A DNA stretch of 64,000 bases from an uncultured Candidatus Peribacteria bacterium (GTDB lineage Bacteria > Patescibacteriota > Gracilibacteria > BD1-5 > UBA2023), in contig CAZINU010000001.1 in NCBI GenBank assembly GCA_964540725.1, forward strand, positions 159,419-223,418, given 5' to 3'. Below the pieces are notes generated by a model. It made no database searches. It was given only the letters and a program-made list of their open reading frames with translations, and had not been told where the DNA came from. Shown in pieces: positions 19,725 to 28,084 of the stretch. Within the stretch, counting starts at the first letter, position 1, and each line of letters opens with the position of its first letter. The translations under genes and the position numbers were made by a program.

Positions 19725-20189
19725 TCAGGCTTCGGGGAGTATCCACTTCCCCGTCGCGAGTTTTACCTCGTAGGCGTGGAGCCAAGCGGCCGCGAGGTTC
19801 AGGACGGTGACGACCGAGAACTTCGTTTCCCAGCCTTGTCCCGAGGCTCCGTCGGGCTTCATGACGCAGAGAACGATTCCGTCGGAATCTTCGTCGTACC
19901 CGAGATGGTGGAATTCGTGCATCCCGGAGGATTCGCACGTTTCGATCACGTCGGAATCGCAGACGGCGACCCTCGGATAGGCGTAGGGATACTCCTTCGG
20001 ATACTCCGCCCGAACCCGGTACGCGTTCCCGCTATGGGTAACGAAGAACCCTTCGGCGAACAGCCGGTCGCCTTCCGTCATGAGGCGGAAGGCCGGGAAC
20101 GCATCGGCGAGCATGTCGTGCTCGTACGCGAGGCGCTTCAGGTATTTTTCGGGATTCGGTTGAACCCAGTTCGGAAGTACGGCGTTCAT
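19725..20189 (-). CDS. Prokaryotic E2-like (UBC-fold) protein
   Basis: It has AAAGGAGA-N4-ATG. The 154-aa product has EYPKEYPYAYPRVAV followed by HHLGYDEDSDGIVLCVMKP (candidate catalytic Cys) and a W...VLNLAAAWL helix. It ends in TGA. Confidence 0.65.
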   Translation of the reverse strand: MNAVLPNWVQPNPEKYLKRLAYEHDMLADAFPAFRLMTEGDRLFAEGFFVTHSGNAYRVRAEYPKEYPYAYPRVAVCDSDVIETCESSGMHEFHHLGYDEDSDGIVLCVMKPDGASGQGWETKFSVVTVLNLAAAWLHAYEVKLATGKWILPEA

Positions 20190-20219
20190 GGTTTCTCCTT
20201 TCTTTTGAGATATGGGGGC

Positions 20220-21425
20220 TTACGAGAGTCCCTCCGGAACTTCGCCGTCGCGGGGGACGGCGTTCCGGCGTACGAGTTCCGGACGGCGGGGCGGTTCGTT
20301 CCGACGGTTCGAGGTTCCTTCGCGGAGGGCGTCGGCTGAAGCCCTCGCCCTTTCCCGCCTTTGACGTATGACCTCCGAAAACCAATTCGGATCCGACGTC
20401 CGCCTACTGCGTTGGACTGGGGGTTCCGATGAGGAAGCGTCCGGCTCGGCAGTTTCCGGGGGGTTCGTCGGAAGGGGTACGGAACCGGCGATTTCCGGCG
20501 ACTCCGGGGGGTCGAAAGATTCCGGACGGCTTGGAGTTTCGCCGTTCGTTCGGAACGCCTCCCGTTCGTTTCTCGAAGGCCGGCCCGACCGTGGCGCACG
20601 CACGAGCCGGCGCCCGGAGCCGTTCGCCGCGTACGGCGGAACCGGCCAGTCGCCGTCTCCGCCTTCGCTTCTTGGTCCCTTCCACACCCGCTTCCATACG
20701 AAAACGGCTGCGGCCGCGAGCATGCCGGCAACGGCAAGGGCGGCCATTCTTCCGGGCGGTTTGGAAAAATCTTGCGGCGGACGGATGGGCGGATGGTCGA
20801 ACCCACCCCCGTTTTCAAGGGGTTCCGGGCTCGGTTCGGACTTCGGAGCGACCGAATCGCGGTAGACGGGCGCCGGGGCAAAATCCCTTTTCGCGGCGGC
20901 CGGAGAGGGGGGTGAAAATTTTTCGGCCCCTACGGCGGCCATCGACGGTTTCGGTCCGGTCTTCGGCTCCGATTTTTCGGCTGGTACGATCCATTCCGTC
21001 GCGGGTTTTGGCGCTATTGCCGCCGTGGACGGACCGTTTTCGGAGGGCTCCCGATCGACGGTTCGTTCGGCGGCATTTTTCGCCGACTGGGCGAGCCGTC
21101 CGAAGGTTCGGACGGCCGTTTCGAGCGTTTCGAGCGTCGAAATCCGTTCGTCCAGGGAAACGGATTCGTCCCGGTACGCCTGATGCGCCATCGTCGCGTA
21201 TTTGTCACGAAGGTCGGCCCCCATTCCCGAAATCTCCCGCCAACGGGCGGACGTTTGGGAATTCGGATCGGATTCGGCCAATGCGGCAAGTTTTTCGGCG
21301 CTCGCCGTTCCTTCCGCGGTCTTCTTCGGCAGTTCGAACGCGAATGCCGACGACCAGAAGAGAACGGCGAAAAGTACCGATACGAACGCGGCTGGCCGGC
21401 TGTTTCGAAAAGAAGTTTCCATCAT
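20220..21425 (-). CDS. Hypothetical membrane-anchored Pro/Ser-rich protein
   Basis: AAAGGA-N5-ATGATG. It has an N-terminal signal/TM (AAFVSVLFAVLFWSSAFA), a mid TM (MAALAVAGMLAAAAVFVW) and a TAA stop. Confidence 0.55.
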   Translation of the reverse strand: MMETSFRNSRPAAFVSVLFAVLFWSSAFAFELPKKTAEGTASAEKLAALAESDPNSQTSARWREISGMGADLRDKYATMAHQAYRDESVSLDERISTLETLETAVRTFGRLAQSAKNAAERTVDREPSENGPSTAAIAPKPATEWIVPAEKSEPKTGPKPSMAAVGAEKFSPPSPAAAKRDFAPAPVYRDSVAPKSEPSPEPLENGGGFDHPPIRPPQDFSKPPGRMAALAVAGMLAAAAVFVWKRVWKGPRSEGGDGDWPVPPYAANGSGRRLVRAPRSGRPSRNEREAFRTNGETPSRPESFDPPESPEIAGSVPLPTNPPETAEPDASSSEPPVQRSRRTSDPNWFSEVIRQRRERARASADALREGTSNRRNEPPRRPELVRRNAVPRDGEVPEGLS

Positions 21426-21679
21426 TCCCGTCCTTTCATGGCTTGGATGGATTCGAAGATCGCCCGGGCCCGTTCGCGTTTTTTCGCGGAATCGGCGATT
21501 TCCGGAGAATTTCCCCGGACGAGGGGCGGTTTTTGCGGTTCGCAGGTTTTTGCGGCGACCCGGGTTCCGTCGTATCCCCGGAGAATTCCGGACGGTTCGG
21601 ACCCGAACCCGCGAATCCCCAGGATTCCGCAGCCGGAAAGGGCTATGGCGCATACGAAGGCGCAAGCGAGCGTTTTCAT
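21422..21679 (-). CDS. Small lipoprotein
   Basis: AAGGA-N7-ATG. MKTLACAFVCAIALSGC is a textbook signal plus lipobox. Its TGA stop overlaps the next start (ATGATG). Confidence 0.6.
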   Translation of the reverse strand: MKTLACAFVCAIALSGCGILGIRGFGSEPSGILRGYDGTRVAAKTCEPQKPPLVRGNSPEIADSAKKRERARAIFESIQAMKGRE

Positions 21680-21691
21680 AACGGATTCCTT

Positions 21692-22198
21692 TCAGAGGTG
21701 GTTTCGGCGGATGGCCGAGTAGAGGGGGCGGATATCCGAAACGGATATCCCAACCTCGGGTTTCCCGAGGATTTCGGCGATTTCTTCGATGCTGATTTCT
21801 CCCGCCAATTCGGGTGACGACCGGCGTACGAATACCCGGACGGCCAACGTCGGAACGTGGCAAAGGAACGAGAATTCGAACGCTCCGGTCCTCCAACCGT
21901 TCCCGGATATCCGGGCCGCGAGCCAGGGGTTTCTCCGACCGCTTTGACCTTCGGGTTCGAAACGATCCCCGAATTCTTCGGCGGCCGCTCGGAGGTTCCG
22001 ATAGGCGTCGCCGGCGACTTTCGAATTCGTTCGGATAGCTCTTCCGAGCGGTCCGCGGATGAGGGAAAAGATTCCCAGGATCGACGATTTCATGACCCAG
22101 AAGGCGGTGGCGAAAATCGCGATTCCCCGACCGAGCGGGCCGGAGAGCAGCGCCCTGGAGAGAACCTCGGCACGGAAGTATTCGTTGAAAACGGACAT
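21692..22198 (-). CDS. Hypothetical protein with C-terminal sigma-70 region-4-like HTH
   Basis: AAAGGAGG-N5-ATG. The C-terminal ELAGEISIEEIAEILGKPEVGISVS resembles an ECF sigma region 4. It ends in a TGA that overlaps the next SD. Confidence 0.45.
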   Translation of the reverse strand: MSVFNEYFRAEVLSRALLSGPLGRGIAIFATAFWVMKSSILGIFSLIRGPLGRAIRTNSKVAGDAYRNLRAAAEEFGDRFEPEGQSGRRNPWLAARISGNGWRTGAFEFSFLCHVPTLAVRVFVRRSSPELAGEISIEEIAEILGKPEVGISVSDIRPLYSAIRRNHL

Positions 22199-22233
22199 GG
22201 CCGCCTCCTTTCTTTTCTGTGGATGTTAATGAG

Positions 22234-22301
22234 CGTCCGGCGGGGTTTCCCGCCGGACGGAGGGGCGATAGCGCGCGCCTCCCCGTCCGGCGGGAAACCC
22301 C
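22234..22301 (-). promoter_or_regulatory. Three-copy alternative-hairpin element (terminator/attenuator-like)
   Basis: CGTCCGGCGGG (22234-22244), its complement (22249-22259) and a second direct copy (22284-22294) allow two pairings. One is an 11-bp local hairpin. The other is a 19-bp long hairpin (22242-22260 with 22283-22301). Confidence 0.5.
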
Positions 22302-22302
22302 T

Positions 22303-24408
22303 TTATCCGTCTTCCGTTCTGATGGAAATCGGAACCAGATCGGGGCCGTATTCGCCACCCCCCGCTCCGACCGTCTTTTCCGAGAGGTGGACGGGAAGGT
22401 TTCCGGACGATTCCGGCAAACCAGCGCTTCTTCGTCGGACGCGTTCTTCCGGAAGAACCTTCAGGACTTTCCAGAACGTCAGGAAGTATCCGCGACCGGA
22501 TTTCGCCCTGAGGACGACCGCGTTTTTTTCGAGCGCTTCCCTGGGGAGCGGGCCCGAATACGGATTGGCGATGGCGTACAAAGTGGCGAGCGCCGTTCCC
22601 GAATACATGGAGGCCGGTTCCGCCGACGGATGGTTCAAATCGCCCTCGCTCGGGCCGAACGGGGAACCGGGATGCTTGTGCCAATTGAACGGACGGCAGA
22701 ATCCGAGGAGCGGATGTCCGCCGCTCTCCGTCCCCGCCCGCTTGAGGAATTCGAGCGCGAGGGAACGCTCGTATTCGCCGTAGTCCGCCCCCATCCGTTT
22801 CCGGTAGGCGTTCCGAAAGAACGAGAGGTCCCAGATTTCGTGCGACACGGGCGTCGCGCGTTCTTGGAAGAGGTGCGGAATTTCAAGATTCGAAAGTCGG
22901 AAAACGCCGTTCGATACCGAATACGGGCTCGCGAACCAGAATCCGCCGGTTTCGTTTCCGGAACTCCGTATTTCGGGTGAATCGAGACGTTCCGCAATCG
23001 TTTCGAGGTCGCGAGTCGAAACCGAAAGTTCCGAAATTTCGCGGAACTCCCGCTGCTTTTCCCGCTCCCTTTCCGCCATGGCCGAAATCATCAGTCGGTC
23101 CAACCGTTTCGAGAGCGCCGTTTCGAACCGTCCGTTCGAAAGTTCGGCGGTTTCGAATCCGAGCGATTTCGCATGCCGTCGAATTCCGTGGTCGTACCAT
23201 GCGAGGGAAAGCGCCGAGCCCCCGTCGCCGTGCACGAGCGTCGCGGCGAAATTTCCGCCGACCGTCTCCGTTCGCATCGTGACCGATCAGGAGAGCGAGG
23301 AATCGGAAACCACGTCGGAAGGAGCGGGGGGAGAGAATCCTTTCGAAAGGAGAAATCGCACGAACGTTCGATAGGTTTCCATCCGAAGCTTCCGTTCATG
23401 GGCGATTTCCGCGAGCGGGAGACCTTCGTCCAGCGTTCGAACCGGGAGCGCGGTTTTTTCGGTTGCCCCCGTTCGGGGCGCGGTACTTCCGTTCGGAGCG
23501 AGGACGTTTCCCGATTCGTCCGAACCGTCCGTTCGCGGGTTTTTCGGAAGCCGTTCGATGGTTTCGAATTTCGGAAGGAGTTTTCGGTATTTCCGGGGTT
23601 CGGGAGCGCCCCCGACCGTTTCGCCCGCTCTCGCCGCATCGTCCGTCCGGGCTTCCGGCTTCGGGGCGTTTTCGGCATTCCGTCCATCCGGTCCGATAGC
23701 CGTTCCGACCGCTTCGAAACCGAACCCGATCCGCGTTCGCGGCGGTTGAGACGTTCGTCCGACCGAACGGCCCAGGAGAAATCCCGCGAACGCGGCGAAC
23801 GCGGCGAAGGCGAGTCCGCCGAACGCACCGGAACCGTTCGGAAGCGCTCGTTCCGGAACGCGTTCCGCGGACGCCGTTTCGCCGTTTTCCGGCGGATCTT
23901 CGACGGCCTTCCGGGCGGATTCGGAAACGTCCGAACGGTCGGAACGGGACTTTGCCACGGATTCGGCCGGTCACTTTGGAAGACCGGTCGTTTCTTCAAT
24001 CGGTTTGGGCGTCGTGCCGAAATTTTTCCGTAGGTTAGAAGGCGGAATCGCGACGCCGCCGCCCGCCCGTTCTGAAACTTCTTCCGTCGACGCTTCGGGT
24101 CGTCCGCCCGCCGTTTCCGGAACGGCCGTGACCCTCCGATTCGGGATTTCGCCGTTCTCGACGGCGGCTGGAACCGAAAGGGGGTCCTTGGGAAATTCTT
24201 CCGCCACCGTTTTCTCCGAAACCGGCCCGATCGGAGTGGGGGCCAATTCGACCGGATCCGCCTTCGTTTTCATGGGCGAGCAGGCGGAGAGGACGGCGGC
24301 GAAGACCGCGGAGCGGAGGAAGTTCGATCGGGCGCCGACGGTTTTTCCGGGCGGATTTCCGAATGTTTTCGAAGGGGGCATGAAGGCTTTTTGAAGATGC
24401 GGGAACAT
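22303..24408 (-). CDS. Large (~700 aa) putative lipoprotein/secreted protein read through two TGAs
   Basis: Fragments 23971-24408 (lipobox AAVLSAC), 23287-23958 and 22303-23277 share a frame. No SD or convincing start follows the TGAs at 23971 and 23287. The stop is TAA at 22303. Confidence 0.55.
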
Positions 24409-24484
24409 GGGCGCGGTGGTGGTACGGCGCCGATTCTCCGTCTTCCGGAAATGAAAAAAACGGAAAAAGCCACGAAAAAGCCAC

Positions 24485-24510
24485 GAAAAAACCGGGGAAT
24501 TCCCCGGCTT
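24485..24510 (-). terminator. Rho-independent terminator after the MBL gene
   Basis: The palindrome CCGGGGAATTCCCCGG is followed on the minus strand by T6. Confidence 0.6.
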
Positions 24511-24542
24511 TTTCGATTGGAACCGCGTTGGCCAAGTTCCGA

Positions 24543-27500
24543 TTACTCTCGGCCTTCTTCCATTTCGAGCATTTGTCGCATTTCCATTTCGAGCGTTTCG
24601 AAAAGTTCCCCGTTCTTGTCCATTCGGTGGATCACGAGAAGGTTTTCGAAAGATTTGAGGGGATCGCCCCGGTTCTCTTCCGCGTCGCGGGCACAGTACC
24701 GAATTTGGTCCATCGCCGCGCGAATCGGCTTATATCCTTCGAGCGAGCGGATGGTATCGTCGACCGCCATTCGAATGCCGTATTGAACGGCGGTTTCGTC
24801 AATCGTGGGAAGTTCGGAATCCCAGTCCGATTCCGAAATGTCCAAGGTATCCGGATTCTCGAGTCGGGATCGAAGTTCGGCGACGCGCTGTTCGTACGTC
24901 TTCCGGCGTCCGCGAGCCTCGTCCAGTTCGAGCGTCCGGCGCTCCCGGTTCTTTCCGAATTCGAAAGCTCGGCTCTGGTGCCTTTGGAGATCTCTCCGCG
25001 CCCAATGCAGGGTGCTGTCGCCCCCCTTTCCCGATACGTATACCCGCTTCTGTTCGTCCGAACCGAATTCTTCCCGAAGAAGCGGCGAAAGTCCGGAGAG
25101 GAGAGCGTCCCGATCGGAGAGCAGCCGTTCCATCTCCGCGATTCCGTCCCCAAGCGGCGCCGTCGCGATCGAAATCGCGCCGTCGGACGAGCCTCGTTCG
25201 CGCAGTTCCTTTCCTATTTGGAACATCCGTTTCCGAAGGGCCGATATTTGCGATTCGAGATGTTCCGGAACGTACGAGAGGATTCGGTTCAGCGATTCGA
25301 CGGCGGAACGTTCCGCCCGCTCCCTTTCCTCGAGTCTGGCGATCGCGTTTTTAATCCGCTCGACGTCGTTCTCCGCCTTAGCCTCGAGTTGTCTTGCTTC
25401 TGCAAGGTCGCGCTCAAGCTTCTTTATGGCGTCCTGAATCCGTTCTGCCTTCCCCGGACGATCAATGCCCCGAAGCGGGCGTTGTCCGGTCTGTACGAAC
25501 CATTTTACATCGTCGGAAGTTCGGAGTCCGGCGAATATTTCGGAAACCATCCGGTTTTTTTGGATGACGGATTCCCTCATCGCATGAGCCCGCTCACGAA
25601 GCGTCGTCAGGATTCCGTCGCTTTCCTCTCCGGTCGCCATCTGCCCGCTTCTTCGTTCGTGGCGTTTAGCCCGCCTCCGGTCATGCGGGTGCCGGCGTTC
25701 GACGGAGGTTTTCCGAAGTAGCTTGGACATCCCTTCGATTTCATTCTCGAGCCTCCCTATTTCCGCCTCATCCTTCCGTATCGACCGGACCAGTTCGAGT
25801 CCGTCGAGCAGGAATTTCGCGCCCACGAGCCCGACCTTCGAATGGGCCTCCGAGAACATCGATTGCAATCGGAGCTCGTAGGCGCCCAACAGTTCCCGAG
25901 CCTTCGCCGCGATTGTCTTCGCCCGCTTGGCTTCCGAGATTGCGTCGCCCGCTTCCTTTTTCGAGCCGCTCGCTCCGGGGGCGATGGGGGCTTCTCCGTT
26001 CGAGTCCGGCGTCCGCGACGGCTTTCCGCCGCCTTGCTCGTTCGTTCTTGCCGGAACGTTCCGAGGTTTTCGCGGGACGGATTCGCGAACCGTTTCCCGT
26101 ACTTTTCTCGCAACCTTTTTCCGAACCAGTTCGCTTCCGCGGAAAATGAGCCGCTCTCCGAGTTCCGGGATGACGAGGCTTTCCGGATAATACCCGTAGT
26201 CGTAGAGGAATGCCGCGAGATCCGCCTGGGCCCCGTCGTCGCCGTGGATAAGGACGATCTTCTGATTGGGCGCGAGCTTCAGGCTTTCCAGATAGGTCAG
26301 GTTGTCTTCCGCGTCGGCGTGCCCGGAAAGGAACCGGTAGCTCTCGATCTTTGCCCGGATAAGCACGTTCGCATCCTCGATTTCGACGAAACGTTCGTGC
26401 TCCGGAACGTCCGTCCGGACGTCCGGACCGTCGTCTTCCATACGCGTTCCCGTGACATTCAAGAGTTTTCGGCCCACGGTTCCCTTCGCCATGTATCCGG
26501 GAAACAGGAACGCCGATTGCGAATCGCCCCCGAAACTTTTCAAGTACGAGACGATGGGGCCGCCGTTCGCCATTCCGGAAGCGGTGACGACGATCTTCCG
26601 CTCATTCCGGTCGTTTTTGTGGAATTCCCGATCCTCTTCCGTCGAGATGATTTCGTAGTATCCGTGGCTCGGATCCAGGTATTCGATGAAGTCTTCCAGA
26701 TTCTTCCGTTCGCGTTCGAGGTAGTCGCTTCCGAGCGCGTGGCGGATGGCATCGGCTTCGGGGAGCGAGAGTTCCGAAAGCCTTCGGCGGGCTGAGAAGA
26801 CGTAATTCCGAAGGTGCTTTACGCCCGACGGGGAATCGACGTAGATTTTCACGTTCTTGTCGATCTTTCCCTCGGCCTTCAGTTTCACCGTCCGGTAGAG
26901 GATATTTTGAAGCCGGTCGAGCGAGAAGCAGCTTTCGAAGACCCGGCGATGGGTTTTCGTCCGCTCCACGAGCCCGGTTTCGAATTCGTCGCGCCCCTTC
27001 TCGAAATCTTTGCGAACCCGGTCGCGGTAGGTGGATTCGATGACCGCCACGTCGATGGGAACGTCCGCCGGCGGAACGGGAACGCCGCAGGGGTGGATGT
27101 CCCACTTGTACGACCCGACGTCGCCCGAAAAGAGCACGTGCTTGTAGTCGCCGTGCAAATCGTCGTAAATTCGAAACAGCACGCTCGTGCTTCCGATGAT
27201 GTGGCCGGCGTCGTAGAACCGGAACGCGATCTTTCCGGGGACGACGTCCTTCCAGCCGTCCGATATTTCGTGGGTGGTGATATGGTCGAACGCCCGCTCT
27301 ACCGCCGTCAGATCGTACGGGGGAGGAGGGACCTCGAACCGCTTCTTCCAATTGGCGTCGTTTCGGTCGATTCCGTATTCTTCGAGCGTTTGGATCGCTT
27401 GCCGATACCGGGTCGCCGGCGGCGCGTCGTGGGTTCTTTCCATGCGGTTTCCCGATCCGTCGGTACTTCTGGCGACCTGGGGAACCCCGTCGCCCCGGGA

Positions 27501-27923
27501 TTCGTACTGTTCGAGCGTTTGGAGCGCGTTCGAAATCTTTCGGACTTTTTCATCCGATTGACGCCTTTTGGCCTCGTAATCTTTCATGCTGATTTTCGCG
27601 CTGTCTTCCCAGGATATGAACGCGGCATCCGCCGTATCGTCGGTGGAAAAAATCGGCGCGTCCAGTTCCCCGCCGCCGGAAAACGCCCTCGGGGTGTCGG
27701 CGATATGGTCGAAGTGGGGGTGCGTTTGATAGACGGCGATAGCCCTCCGCATAAGGTCTTCGGTCTTCCGATCCGGAACGTTCGCGCCCTGGAATCCCCC
27801 GGTGTCGACGAGTTGGCTGTAGACGGTTTTTCCGTATCGGACGATGAGTTCGTGGCACGACCCGGTCAGGTTCGGGCCATCGGGCGTTCCGATTCCTCCG
27901 TGCGATACGATTTCGAATTCCAT
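24543..27923 (-). CDS. Metallo-beta-lactamase/beta-CASP nuclease with long C-terminal coiled-coil extension
   Basis: The product has THPHFDHI (HxHxDH), FYDAGHIIGS and FLSGHAD (beta-CASP motif C). About 480 residues of heptad-like, E/R/K/L-rich sequence follow. There is no TGA in about 1127 codons. Confidence 0.75.
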   Translation of the reverse strand: MEFEIVSHGGIGTPDGPNLTGSCHELIVRYGKTVYSQLVDTGGFQGANVPDRKTEDLMRRAIAVYQTHPHFDHIADTPRAFSGGGELDAPIFSTDDTADAAFISWEDSAKISMKDYEAKRRQSDEKVRKISNALQTLEQYESRGDGVPQVARSTDGSGNRMERTHDAPPATRYRQAIQTLEEYGIDRNDANWKKRFEVPPPPYDLTAVERAFDHITTHEISDGWKDVVPGKIAFRFYDAGHIIGSTSVLFRIYDDLHGDYKHVLFSGDVGSYKWDIHPCGVPVPPADVPIDVAVIESTYRDRVRKDFEKGRDEFETGLVERTKTHRRVFESCFSLDRLQNILYRTVKLKAEGKIDKNVKIYVDSPSGVKHLRNYVFSARRRLSELSLPEADAIRHALGSDYLERERKNLEDFIEYLDPSHGYYEIISTEEDREFHKNDRNERKIVVTASGMANGGPIVSYLKSFGGDSQSAFLFPGYMAKGTVGRKLLNVTGTRMEDDGPDVRTDVPEHERFVEIEDANVLIRAKIESYRFLSGHADAEDNLTYLESLKLAPNQKIVLIHGDDGAQADLAAFLYDYGYYPESLVIPELGERLIFRGSELVRKKVARKVRETVRESVPRKPRNVPARTNEQGGGKPSRTPDSNGEAPIAPGASGSKKEAGDAISEAKRAKTIAAKARELLGAYELRLQSMFSEAHSKVGLVGAKFLLDGLELVRSIRKDEAEIGRLENEIEGMSKLLRKTSVERRHPHDRRRAKRHERRSGQMATGEESDGILTTLRERAHAMRESVIQKNRMVSEIFAGLRTSDDVKWFVQTGQRPLRGIDRPGKAERIQDAIKKLERDLAEARQLEAKAENDVERIKNAIARLEERERAERSAVESLNRILSYVPEHLESQISALRKRMFQIGKELRERGSSDGAISIATAPLGDGIAEMERLLSDRDALLSGLSPLLREEFGSDEQKRVYVSGKGGDSTLHWARRDLQRHQSRAFEFGKNRERRTLELDEARGRRKTYEQRVAELRSRLENPDTLDISESDWDSELPTIDETAVQYGIRMAVDDTIRSLEGYKPIRAAMDQIRYCARDAEENRGDPLKSFENLLVIHRMDKNGELFETLEMEMRQMLEMEEGRE

Positions 27924-28084
27924 GAAAACCCCGCGTTTATGTATAACAAGAAAATCTTTTATCCAGAAGTCAATAATACGCAAGCCTCATTTTGACAATC
28001 ATTCGTTTTTGCTTAAAAAAATCTTGATTTCCGAGCGGAACGCATATATTTCACATCGAAGGAACGCTCCTAAATTCTTCTCCC

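Noticed and set aside
18458-22302. Explaining the SD-led, TGA-stop cassette purely as a chimeric contig join.
   Set aside because: This cannot be excluded without reads. Host-style genes with sense TGAs or without SD lie on both sides, however. It would therefore have to be an insertion-like misassembly with two junctions.
22303-24408. Treating 23971-24408, 23287-23958 and 22303-23277 as three separate genes ending in TGA.
   Set aside because: The three are in one frame. The putative internal starts (GTG 23958, ATG 23277) have no SD and lie only 3-4 codons after the TGAs, unlike the neighbouring cassette. One table-25 gene is the simpler reading, though separate genes cannot be fully excluded.
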